A DNA stretch of 64,000 nt from Candidatus Sericytochromatia bacterium (GTDB lineage: Bacteria; Cyanobacteriota; Sericytochromatia; S15B-MN24; UBA4093). The stretch spans positions 160,001 to 224,000 of the forward strand of contig JAKFBU010000038.1 of the NCBI GenBank assembly GCA_036676985.1, written 5' to 3'. The notes under the pieces are model-generated. The model saw only the letters and a program-made list of their open reading frames with translations, did no database searches and was not told the DNA's origin. Positions 19,035-27,645 of the stretch are shown piece by piece (positions within the stretch are counted from its first letter, which is position 1; the number at the start of each line of letters is the position of its first letter). The translations under genes were made by a program, and so were the position numbers.

Positions 19035-19396
19035 GGCGTCGCCTCGGGTTGCTGGGGCACGACCCGCTGGTAGGCGTCCCAGGGACTCCAGAGGCCGATG
19101 CCGACCAATCCGATGCCGCCGACCAGGCGCAGGGTGCCGTCCGGCTGGCTCGCTCCGAAGTGGGTGGCCGCGAGGCACGCAGCACCGAAGCCGAGGTGCG
19201 CGAGGCCCTTGAGCCACTCGCCCTGGATCACCTGTCCTGAGCCCGGAACGAGGAGCGAGGTCACCACCGGGATGTACTGGGGCCACTCGACGGTCTGCTG
19301 CTGGGGCACCGAGGGGGTGGGGGCCAGTTCGTACGACGGGGCCACCGGTCCGGTCGCGAGCGCGAGCGTGGTGGCAGCGGCTAACGTGAGCACCAT
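19031..19396 (-). CDS. Small membrane protein (extra gene in cassette 3)
   Basis: ATG at 19396 after GGAGG; signal-like N-terminus, SLLVPGSGQ...WLKG and two hydrophobic segments. Confidence 0.65.
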   Translation of the reverse strand: MVLTLAAATTLALATGPVAPSYELAPTPSVPQQQTVEWPQYIPVVTSLLVPGSGQVIQGEWLKGLAHLGFGAACLAATHFGASQPDGTLRLVGGIGLVGIGLWSPWDAYQRVVPQQPEATP

Positions 19397-19404
19397 GGTC
19401 CCTC

Positions 19405-20544
19405 CTAGAAGCCCGAGAAACTCATCCCGAGCGTGACTCCGCTGGACTCGCGGTTGAAGGAAGATCCCACCGTCCGCTCGTAGAAGTAGCCCAGCGACAG
19501 GCGCTCGTCGGAAAAGAGATACAGCCTCGGCTCGACCCGCAGCGCGGTGAGCCAGGGCATGGTCACGCCCCCGTCCACATGGGCGAAGACGTACGGCGAC
19601 CACCCCAGCTCGAGGCCGAGGCCCAGGGGGCCCATGACCAGGCCCGAGAACGTCTGGCGCAGGCTCGGCCCGTGCATGGCCTGGTAGCCCGCGAAGAAGA
19701 AGGTGGGGCTCTGGGCCGTGGCGCTGTTCTGGACCTGCGTCAGGGAGGTCGCATAGCCGAAGCCGGAGCTCGCCTCGACGGGCCCCAGGTCGTAGCGGCG
19801 AGCGACCGACAGCTCGAGAGTCGTCTCGACGCGCTGGTGGTCGACGCCCGCGTAGTCCGGGTCCTCGTAAACGTAGCCGCCGCGCCCGAGGCGCAGGGGC
19901 AGACTGTACTCGCCGTAGGTGGGTTCCCAGGTGGCCTTGAAGCGGCCCACGCCTTGCGCACCGCCCGAGAGGCCTTCCGGCGAGAACTGCTCGGTGGTGG
20001 GGCCGGTGCTGAAACCGAGGCGCACGCCGGGCAGGTCCCAGTCGCGCTTCATGTCGCCCACCGAGTAGGAGGGCAGGTTGCTGCCGTCCCGGGGCACGAC
20101 GCTGATGCGCTGGGTGACGTTCTTGGGGCGCGCCACGACGTACTTGGGGTCCTTGGGCAGGATCAAGAAGCGCATGCCATGCCCGTGATACGAGAGGTCC
20201 GGCTCGGCCGTGAGGGGCACGTTGCCCTCGATGACCAGGTGGATGCCCCGGATCTGGGGGTCGTAGGCCGCCACCAGGGCGCGGATGAGGGGCGATCGCT
20301 CGATCTTGTCGTACCACTCGGCAAACGGGAAGTCCACGCGCGGCACGTCGATGACGAGGCTCTGGCCCCGCGACGAGATGGTCGTGATGGACGGCCGGGG
20401 GCCGTCGAAGGGCAGGTAGAGGGCGTTTTCGGCGGGCTCGAAGCGCAGCTCGTTGATCTGCAGCTCAGGGGCCGCTTCCGGCGCCGCCACAGCCGGGCCG
20501 CCGACGGCCAGTAGACAGAGGGTCAGGGCGATCAGGCGCTTCAT
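19405..20544 (-). CDS. Cassette 3 gene C: AMIN-like N-domain fused to predicted beta-barrel
   Basis: Signal peptide; N-domain with LVIDVP (AMIN-like, tentative); C-terminal half has DPDYAGVDHQR, YFYERTVG and a terminal F. Confidence 0.65.
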   Translation of the reverse strand: MKRLIALTLCLLAVGGPAVAAPEAAPELQINELRFEPAENALYLPFDGPRPSITTISSRGQSLVIDVPRVDFPFAEWYDKIERSPLIRALVAAYDPQIRGIHLVIEGNVPLTAEPDLSYHGHGMRFLILPKDPKYVVARPKNVTQRISVVPRDGSNLPSYSVGDMKRDWDLPGVRLGFSTGPTTEQFSPEGLSGGAQGVGRFKATWEPTYGEYSLPLRLGRGGYVYEDPDYAGVDHQRVETTLELSVARRYDLGPVEASSGFGYATSLTQVQNSATAQSPTFFFAGYQAMHGPSLRQTFSGLVMGPLGLGLELGWSPYVFAHVDGGVTMPWLTALRVEPRLYLFSDERLSLGYFYERTVGSSFNRESSGVTLGMSFSGF

Positions 20545-21983
20545 TGGGCGCTCCGGATCCGGTGGCCGTTGGTACCCGACTCGGAGACGAAGAGCGAGCC
20601 GCCTGCGCCCGAGAGCCCCAGGCCCGCGGGCGCGAACAACGAGGCCTGCTGGGCGCCCTGGCCGTCACCCGCATAGGCGGACGTGCCGTTGCCGAAGACC
20701 GTGGCGATCATGCCGTTGCCGAGCGTGATGGCACGGACGACGTAGGCTCCCGTGTCCAGGACGAAGAGACGCCCGCCATCGGTGCTGTCGAAAGCAAGGG
20801 CGGCCGGGGCCTTGAAGCTTGCGCTCGCAGCGAGGGTCCCGTCGCCCGCCGAGGCGTCCGTTCCAGTGCCTGCGAGGGTCGAGGTCGTACCGCTGCCGAG
20901 CGTCACCCGGCGGATCTTGCGGTTGCCGGTATCGGCCACGTAGAGGTAGGTCCCCGTGTCGTCGATGGCGAGGCCCTGGGGGGAGTTGAGCTGGACGCTC
21001 GTGCCCATGGCCGTACCGCTGGTGTCGCCCGCGGTCCCCGTCCCCACGATCACGTTCGGAGTGCCCGCCATGATCGAGGGCGCATCGATCGAGACGACCG
21101 TATGGTTGGAAAGCGCAACGTACAGCGCGTCACGGCTCGGATCGTAGGCGAGCGCCTGGGGCTGGGCGGCCAGGAGCAGCGTCGTGCCCGAGACCGTCGG
21201 CGCGGTGCCGAGGCTCGTGACGAAGCGGATCCGCTGGTTGCTCGTGTCCGCGATGAACAGCACGTCCCGGTCGGCGTCGTAGGCCAGGGCCGATGGGTTG
21301 TCCAGGGTAGCCGAGGTGCCGTCGCCCACCAAGGTGGTGACGGTGGTCTGGGCGGCGTCGATCTTGCGCACCCGGTCGTTGCCCGCGTCGCAGATGTACA
21401 TGGACCCGTCGCCGCCGAAGGCGATGCCCTTGGGGCCGTTGAAGCCGGCCGCGGCCGGGACGCCCGCGTCACCGGCGAAGGTGGCCGTTCCCGCCGCGTT
21501 GGCGAGCGTTCCCGCCGTCCACTCGGGCAGGGTCCGCAGGGTGATGGTCGCGCCCGTGCTCGAGCCGGCCGCCAGGTCGACGGAGGCGTAGCCGACGGCG
21601 TTGCGCACCGAGTTGTTGTAGGTGCTGGCAAAGAGGGAATAGCTGCCCGCCCGTGCCGAGGAGAAGAGGGTGGTCGTCGTCGAGGCCGAGCCGCCGCCGA
21701 TGTCGTTGAAGGAGGCCTTGGCGATGGTCTCGGTGCGATCGCCCGTCAGCAACGTCGGGTTCGACAGCGTGAACCGGGCGGCGGTCCAGGTGTTGGGAAC
21801 CGTCTGCACCGTTCGGCCGTGCGAGACCAGCCGAACCCGCAGGCCGCCCGACGCGAGCGGCCCGTCGAGGTCGAAGGGCCCTGTCGTCGGAGCAGTCGGC
21901 GACGCTGCGACGCAGCCGGCCAGGATCAGGCCGATGCTACCTGCGGCGAGTGCCGAGTTCCAGGGATAGGGGTGCCGGGTCAT
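20541..21983 (-). CDS. Cassette 3 gene B: NHL-repeat lipoprotein
   Basis: Lipobox ILAGC; NHL units such as LNSPQGLAID...LYVADTGNRKIRRV. Confidence 0.87.
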   Translation of the reverse strand: MTRHPYPWNSALAAGSIGLILAGCVAASPTAPTTGPFDLDGPLASGGLRVRLVSHGRTVQTVPNTWTAARFTLSNPTLLTGDRTETIAKASFNDIGGGSASTTTTLFSSARAGSYSLFASTYNNSVRNAVGYASVDLAAGSSTGATITLRTLPEWTAGTLANAAGTATFAGDAGVPAAAGFNGPKGIAFGGDGSMYICDAGNDRVRKIDAAQTTVTTLVGDGTSATLDNPSALAYDADRDVLFIADTSNQRIRFVTSLGTAPTVSGTTLLLAAQPQALAYDPSRDALYVALSNHTVVSIDAPSIMAGTPNVIVGTGTAGDTSGTAMGTSVQLNSPQGLAIDDTGTYLYVADTGNRKIRRVTLGSGTTSTLAGTGTDASAGDGTLAASASFKAPAALAFDSTDGGRLFVLDTGAYVVRAITLGNGMIATVFGNGTSAYAGDGQGAQQASLFAPAGLGLSGAGGSLFVSESGTNGHRIRSAQ

Positions 21984-21991
21984 CGTGGTTC

Positions 21992-22852
21992 CTAGTTCAG
22001 GGTGGCCGGGGTAATGGAAGCTCCCTTGTAGACCGTGACGGCCTTGGTCTTGTAGGCGATCTGGTTGCCGCCCGTCTGGGCGTCGTAGCCGTACACGTGG
22101 AGCGTGCCGAGGTCCTGGGTGCCCGAGGTGATGTAGGTGGGCACCGTCCAGCTGAAGGTCGTGTTGCTGCCGGCGATGGTCGTGGTCGAGAGCGTCGTGC
22201 CGCGCTGCGACAAGTTGGCGCTGCGGAACACGAGCTCGATGCGACGAACCGAGGGGTTGTTGGTCGAGGTCATGCCCGTGTCGACCGTCAGCGTGTCATT
22301 CTCGACCACCACGAAGTCCGAGACGACGTTCGAGCTGGTGCTGTTGCTGAAGGCGATGGTGCCCACCGAGTTGATCTTGATGACGGCCGTGGTGGTCGAG
22401 CCGGCGTTGAGGGTCAAGGGACCGCCGATGCCCTCGCCGCGGACGATGTTCTGGGTGAAGGTGTTCTCGCTCGCCAGGTCGCTCTGCTTGTAGAGGTCGG
22501 CCTTGAGGTAGTAGTCGGTGCCCGGGCGCAGGCCCGCGAAGGTGCTGACGTTGGTGAAGGTCTGCGAGGGGCCGATGGTCACGGAGTCGCTCGCGGTGCG
22601 GCTGGCCGTCAGCCGGGTGGCCGACGAGAGCGTGAAGCGCACGCGGTCGGCTCCCTCGAGGTCCGCGAAGTCCTGGGTGCGCTGACGCGCGTCCACCAGG
22701 CGAACGGCGAGCGTCGCCGAACCATCGGTGTTGCTGAAGAGGGGGAAATCGGTCAAGGACTGGGGTGAATTCGTAGCGGTAGACGTGCAACCGACCAGGG
22801 CCAACACGGCCAGACCAGCGGGCACGACCTTCCGAGCGAATGGGGTGTGCAT
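21992..22852 (-). CDS. Cassette 3 gene A: beta-rich lipoprotein
   Basis: Lipobox ALVGC; GAGGAGG RBS; GEG...VIKINSVG shared with the paralogs. Confidence 0.8.
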   Translation of the reverse strand: MHTPFARKVVPAGLAVLALVGCTSTATNSPQSLTDFPLFSNTDGSATLAVRLVDARQRTQDFADLEGADRVRFTLSSATRLTASRTASDSVTIGPSQTFTNVSTFAGLRPGTDYYLKADLYKQSDLASENTFTQNIVRGEGIGGPLTLNAGSTTTAVIKINSVGTIAFSNSTSSNVVSDFVVVENDTLTVDTGMTSTNNPSVRRIELVFRSANLSQRGTTLSTTTIAGSNTTFSWTVPTYITSGTQDLGTLHVYGYDAQTGGNQIAYKTKAVTVYKGASITPATLN

Positions 22853-22914
22853 GAACTGAGAATCCTCCTCGCGATGTGCCCAACTACTAACGGGCAGTTG
22901 AGGTCCTAATGTGT

Positions 22915-22940
22915 CTACCCTCGCCCGACCCTTTTTAAAC
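22915..22940 (-). promoter_or_regulatory. Putative SigB/SigF-type promoter of cassette 3
   Basis: GTTTAA-N14-GGGTAG, close to the GTTTAA-N12-14-GGGWAW consensus. Confidence 0.5.
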
Positions 22941-23024
22941 TACCGTCTAAGGAGCCAGGGAGGCCGTGATGACGGCACATCCCAGCTTGCAACCGAAAGC
23001 TGAAAATAGGGTGAACGCCAAAGA

Positions 23025-24593
23025 TTACACTGGCATTACGCCGTGCTTGCGTTCAGGTTGCCGCACGTGCTTCTGGCTGGCGAGCTCCAGCCCCCGCATG
23101 AGCACGCGCCGGGTCTCCCGGGGGTCGATGACGTCGTCGATGAGGGCCGAGCCCGCGGCGATGTAGGGGTTGATGTAATCCTTGAACTGGTCGACGAGCC
23201 GGGTGCGTTCGGCATCGGGATCGGCCGCTCCGTCGATCTGCTTGCGGCCGATGATGTTCACCGCGCCCTCGGGGCCCATGAGCGAGATCTCGGCGCCTGG
23301 CCAGGCGACGATGAGGTCGGGCTCGTAGGCCCGCCCGCACATGACGTAGTAGCCCGCGCCGTAGGCTTTGCGCACGATGACCGTGAGCTTGGGGACCGTC
23401 GCGTTGGAGACGGCGTAGAGCATCTTCGCGCCGTGGCGGATGATGCCCTCCTTTTCCACCTTGGACCCGACCATGAACCCGGGCACGTCCTGAAAGAAGA
23501 TGAGCGGGAGGTTGAAGGCGTCGCAGAGGCTGATGAAGCGCGCGGCCTTGTCCGCCGCGTCCGTGGTCAGGACCCCGCCCATGACCTTGGGCTGGCTCGC
23601 GACGATCCCCACCGAGCGGCCGCCGATCCGCGCGAGGGCCGTGATGATCGACTGCGCGAACCGCGGCTTGAGCTCGAAATAGCGCCCGTCGTCCACGATC
23701 CGCGAGAGCACGGCCTTCATGTCGTAGGGCAGCTTGGGCTGCTCGGGCAGGATGCGCAGGAGCTCTTCGTCCGAGCGCAGTGGCGGCTCGACGGCCGGCC
23801 GCATCGGCGGGGTCTGCCGGCAGTTGTCCGGAAAGTAGCTCAGGTAGTCCTTGATGGCCTGGATGCAGGCCTCGTCGGACCCGACCTCCAGGTCGGCCAC
23901 CCCGGACACCTCGCAGTGCACCCGCGAGCCCCCGAGCTCCTCGACCGACACCGTCTCGCCGATGGCCGCCTTGACCAAGGGAGGACCCGCCAGCGCCATG
24001 GAAGACGTCCCCTTGACCATGGGCACGAAGTCCGCGAGCGCCGGGATGTAGGCCGTGCCCGCCGCGCAGTGGCCCATCATGGCGGCCACCTGTGGCACGA
24101 CGCCCGACATGAGGGACTGGTCGTGGAAGAGCTTGCCCGATCCCGCGAACTGGGAGCCTGCGATCTCGTGGACCCGGGCGCCGGCCGAGTCCAGGAGCCA
24201 GACGATGGGGATGCCCTGGCGCATGGCCGTCTCGCGGATCCGGTTGGCCTTGGCCTCCCCGATCATGCCGATGGTGCCCGCCATGACCGTGAAGTCGTAG
24301 GCGATGACGGCCACCAGCCGCCCGTTGACCTTGCCAACACCCGTGATGACGCCGTCGGCCGGGGTGTCCCGGCCCTGCATCTCGGCGGCCTGGGACTGAT
24401 GGTTGGCGTGCAGGCCCCATTCCTCGAAGGTGCGCGGATCGAAGAGCAGATCGAGCCGTTCGCGGGCCGTGAGCTTGCCGGCGGCGTGCTGCTTGTCGAC
24501 GGCTTCCTGGCCGCCCATCCTTTTCGCCTTCTCGCGGCGCTGCTTGAGATCGGCGACCGCGGCCGCCATGCCCGTCAACGTGGTATCTGCCAT
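23025..24593 (-). CDS. Acyl-CoA carboxylase carboxyltransferase (beta) subunit
   Basis: GKLTARER, PADGVITG, DSAGAR, QDVPGFMVG, RKAYGAG. Confidence 0.93.
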   Translation of the reverse strand: MADTTLTGMAAAVADLKQRREKAKRMGGQEAVDKQHAAGKLTARERLDLLFDPRTFEEWGLHANHQSQAAEMQGRDTPADGVITGVGKVNGRLVAVIAYDFTVMAGTIGMIGEAKANRIRETAMRQGIPIVWLLDSAGARVHEIAGSQFAGSGKLFHDQSLMSGVVPQVAAMMGHCAAGTAYIPALADFVPMVKGTSSMALAGPPLVKAAIGETVSVEELGGSRVHCEVSGVADLEVGSDEACIQAIKDYLSYFPDNCRQTPPMRPAVEPPLRSDEELLRILPEQPKLPYDMKAVLSRIVDDGRYFELKPRFAQSIITALARIGGRSVGIVASQPKVMGGVLTTDAADKAARFISLCDAFNLPLIFFQDVPGFMVGSKVEKEGIIRHGAKMLYAVSNATVPKLTVIVRKAYGAGYYVMCGRAYEPDLIVAWPGAEISLMGPEGAVNIIGRKQIDGAADPDAERTRLVDQFKDYINPYIAAGSALIDDVIDPRETRRVLMRGLELASQKHVRQPERKHGVMPV

Positions 24594-24600
24594 GGGCTCC

Positions 24601-25383
24601 TTACCTGCCTGTCCACCTGGGGGTTCGCTTGTCGGCGAAGGCCCGGAGGCCCTCTGCTGCATCCGCCGTCGAACCGACGACCGCTCTGATGCTGCGCAGG
24701 TGCTCCAGCGCCTGCTCGTAGCTCATGCCGGGAATCGAGTAGAAGGCCGCCTTACCGAGCTTCACGACGGCCGGGCTGAAGCCGTCGAAGCTCGCGGCGA
24801 AGTCGGCGACGGCCCCCATGAACCCATGGTGCGGGACCACCCGGTTGACGAGGCCCGCGGCCTTGGCCTCGTCGGCCGTGAGGCTGCCGCCGGTCATGAA
24901 GAGTTCGAAGGCCTGCTTGGGGCCCAGGGCCGCCATGAGGGGGGCCATGACCATGAGGGGAAAGGTTCCCACCTTGATCTCGGGCGTGCCGAACTCGGCC
25001 CGGTCGCTCGCGATCGCCAGGTCGCACCCCGCCACCAGCCCGAGCCCGCCACCCAGGGCCTTGCCGTTGACCGCGGCGATGGTGGGCTTCGAGAGGGATC
25101 TCAGGCGCAAGAGCAGCTTGGTGTAGAGGCCGTCTGCCTGGTAGCGCCGATAGGGCTCCTCCGCGAGGTCCTGGGCCTCCTTGAGGTCGCCGCCCGCCGA
25201 GAACACGTCGCCGGTGCCTGTCAGGATGACCGTCCGCACGGCGGGGTCGCCCTCGGCCTCGTCGAGGCCAGCCAGGAGCTCGGAGAGCACCTCGCCGTTG
25301 AGCGCGTTGCGCGCCTCGGGACGCCGGAGCTCGAGCACCAGGGATCCATCCATGTGGTGAACGCGAACCGTCGATACTTGCAT
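24601..25383 (-). CDS. Enoyl-CoA hydratase/isomerase
   Basis: RPEARNAL, FSAGGDL, AVNGKALGGG, FGTPEIKVG. Confidence 0.9.
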   Translation of the reverse strand: MQVSTVRVHHMDGSLVLELRRPEARNALNGEVLSELLAGLDEAEGDPAVRTVILTGTGDVFSAGGDLKEAQDLAEEPYRRYQADGLYTKLLLRLRSLSKPTIAAVNGKALGGGLGLVAGCDLAIASDRAEFGTPEIKVGTFPLMVMAPLMAALGPKQAFELFMTGGSLTADEAKAAGLVNRVVPHHGFMGAVADFAASFDGFSPAVVKLGKAAFYSIPGMSYEQALEHLRSIRAVVGSTADAAEGLRAFADKRTPRWTGR

Positions 25384-25535
25384 GGCCGCCTCCTCTCCAA
25401 CACGGCCCCATGATAACGATCCGTTCGGGGGGACGCCAGCATTCCGGGCCGATGCTCGTCCCCACGTTGTTTCGCGCTTGAGGGCTCTGCTATGCTTGAG
25501 GCGGACCCTCATTTTTTTGTAAGGCAGGAGAGCCC

Positions 25536-27569
25536 TTGGAGACCTTCCACCTGCTTCGAGACCTCGCCGCGGCCCTGGCTGCGGCGCTCCTCATGGGCCT
25601 GCTCTTCTATCGGCTCAAGCAACCGGTCATCATCGGGTACCTGCTCGCGGGCCTCATCGTGGGCCCCTACGGCCTCAAGATCGTCTCGGACATCCACACC
25701 ATCGAGGGCCTCGCCGAGCTGGGCGTCATGCTCCTCATGTTCGCGCTCGGCGTCGAGTTCTCCTTTTCCGAGCTCGCCCCCGTCAAGCGCCTCGCCCTCA
25801 TCGGCGGCGCGACCCAGATCGGCGTCACGGTCCTCTTGGGGACGCTCGCTGCGCGCTTCTTCGGCCTGGAGGTGGGCGCGGGCATCCTGCTCGGCTGGAT
25901 GATCGCCCTGTCCAGCACCATCATCGTCCTCAAGGTCCTCCTGGAGCGCGGCGAGCTGGAGAGCGCCCACGGCAAGGCCCTCCTGGGCCTGCTCATCGTG
26001 CAGGACCTCTCGGTGGTCCTCATGATGGTCATGATGCCCAACCTGGGCGACCCGGCGAAGATCCTGGGCTGGCCGATGGTGTGGGCGATCGCCAAGGCCG
26101 CCCTCTTCCTGGCGGCGGTGGTGTGGCTCGGCACCCAGCTCTTCCCGCGCTTCATGCGCCGGGTGGCCGCCACGCGCAACAAGGAGCTCTTCCTCCTGGC
26201 GGGTGTGTTCCTCTGCTTCGGCACGGCCGCTGCGGGCTACCTGATCGGCCTCTCGTTGGCGCTCGGGGCCTTCATCGCGGGCATCGTCGTGAGCGAGTCG
26301 GACCACAGCCACCAGATCCTGGCGGACGTCTTGCCCCTGCGGGACCTGTTCGCCACGCTCTTCTTCGTCTCCATCGGCATGCTCATCAACCCGGCCTTCC
26401 TGGTGAACAACCTGGCGGCGGTCATCCTCCTGGTGCTCGCCATCGTGCTGGGCAAGGCCACGCTCGGGTTCGCCACCGCCCGCGGCTTCGGGTACGGCGG
26501 CCGGACGGCGCTCGCCATCGGGCTCGGACTCGCGCAGATCGGCGAGTTCTCCTTTGTCCTCGCCAAGCTGGGCGAGCAGCAGGGCCTCATCTCGAGCGAC
26601 CTCTTCTCCTTGATCCTGACGGGCGCGCTCATCACCATCATCCTCACGCCCCTCCTGATGCAGCTGCCGACGCCCCTGTACCTGGCCTTCGCCCGGCTGG
26701 GCTGGGCGGATCCCAAGGGTCCGGGCGGCAAGGTCAAGGCCAAGATCGTGACAGGCGAGCTCACGGGGCTCGTCGACCACGTCATCATCTGCGGCTTCGG
26801 CCGGGTGGGCCACAACCTGGGCGAGGTGCTCATCCACAACAACTCGCCGGTGCTGGTCATCGACATGGACCAGAACGTCATCATGGACCTGCGGCGGCGC
26901 GGGGTGTCCTGCATCTACGGCGACTCCTCCAACCTGGCCGTGCTGCAGCACGCGCGCGTGCCCCTCGCCAAGGCCGTCATCATCACCCTGCCCGATCCCT
27001 TGAGCTGCCAGCTCGCCGTCCAGAACGCGCGGCGCCTGAACGCGAGCGTGCCCATCATTGCCCGGGCCCACCGCTCGCAAGACATGGCGGCCCTCTACGA
27101 GCTGGGAGCGACGGAGGTCATCCAGCCGGAGTTCGAGGCGAGCCTCGAGGTCATTCGCTCGACCCTGGCCAAGCTCGGCTACACTACCCGCGAGATTGGC
27201 CGCTACTCGCGCCTGATCCGCGTCAAGCGGTACAGCCAGTTCCAGGACGACTTCAACCCCGACACGGTGCCCGACCTCATGGAGGCTCTGGGCGAGGCCG
27301 ACCTGACCTGGATCGAGGTCGCCGAGGACTCGGAGCTCATCGGGAGCACCTTGCGCAACCTGGACTGGCGTGGGCGCACGGGAGTGGGCGTGCTCGCCAT
27401 CCATCGCGAGGGACGGGTCATTCCGAACCCGCGCGCCGACAAGCCCTTGAAGGCCGGAGACAAGCTCTTGGTGCTCGGGACGCAGGATCAGCTGCAGCTG
27501 CTCGCCCGGATCCTGCCCGGGGGGCCGCTATCCCCAACCGACGAGGGGATCGGTTATACTGATCACTAG
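25536..27569 (+). CDS. CPA2 cation/proton antiporter with TrkA-N and TrkA-C domains (KefB/YbaL-like)
   Basis: Many TM helices, ALSST, LLIVQDL, LAQIGEFSFV; IICGFGRVG Rossmann motif; C-terminal RCK-C. Confidence 0.9.
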   Translation: METFHLLRDLAAALAAALLMGLLFYRLKQPVIIGYLLAGLIVGPYGLKIVSDIHTIEGLAELGVMLLMFALGVEFSFSELAPVKRLALIGGATQIGVTVLLGTLAARFFGLEVGAGILLGWMIALSSTIIVLKVLLERGELESAHGKALLGLLIVQDLSVVLMMVMMPNLGDPAKILGWPMVWAIAKAALFLAAVVWLGTQLFPRFMRRVAATRNKELFLLAGVFLCFGTAAAGYLIGLSLALGAFIAGIVVSESDHSHQILADVLPLRDLFATLFFVSIGMLINPAFLVNNLAAVILLVLAIVLGKATLGFATARGFGYGGRTALAIGLGLAQIGEFSFVLAKLGEQQGLISSDLFSLILTGALITIILTPLLMQLPTPLYLAFARLGWADPKGPGGKVKAKIVTGELTGLVDHVIICGFGRVGHNLGEVLIHNNSPVLVIDMDQNVIMDLRRRGVSCIYGDSSNLAVLQHARVPLAKAVIITLPDPLSCQLAVQNARRLNASVPIIARAHRSQDMAALYELGATEVIQPEFEASLEVIRSTLAKLGYTTREIGRYSRLIRVKRYSQFQDDFNPDTVPDLMEALGEADLTWIEVAEDSELIGSTLRNLDWRGRTGVGVLAIHREGRVIPNPRADKPLKAGDKLLVLGTQDQLQLLARILPGGPLSPTDEGIGYTDH

Positions 27570-27645
27570 TATGCGCGCCGGACGAGTTCACGGCGCTCCG
27601 TGCGGCCCCCGGTGGGGGCCATTCTGACGAAGGGGTCACGCACAC

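Noticed and set aside
15378-19073. 1231-aa plus-strand ORF (similar long ORFs at 27418-30213, 7097-9316, 3781-6021, 3578-5707, 25509-27404)
   Set aside because: Antisense or off-frame shadows of well-supported genes, with no motifs and the Arg/Gly/Ala-rich composition typical of high-GC shadow frames.
9332-22852. Cassette array as a prophage, ICE, DGR target or invertible shufflon
   Set aside because: No integrase, recombinase, reverse transcriptase, phage genes, flanking repeats or near-identical DNA repeats were seen; codon style resembles the rest of the window.
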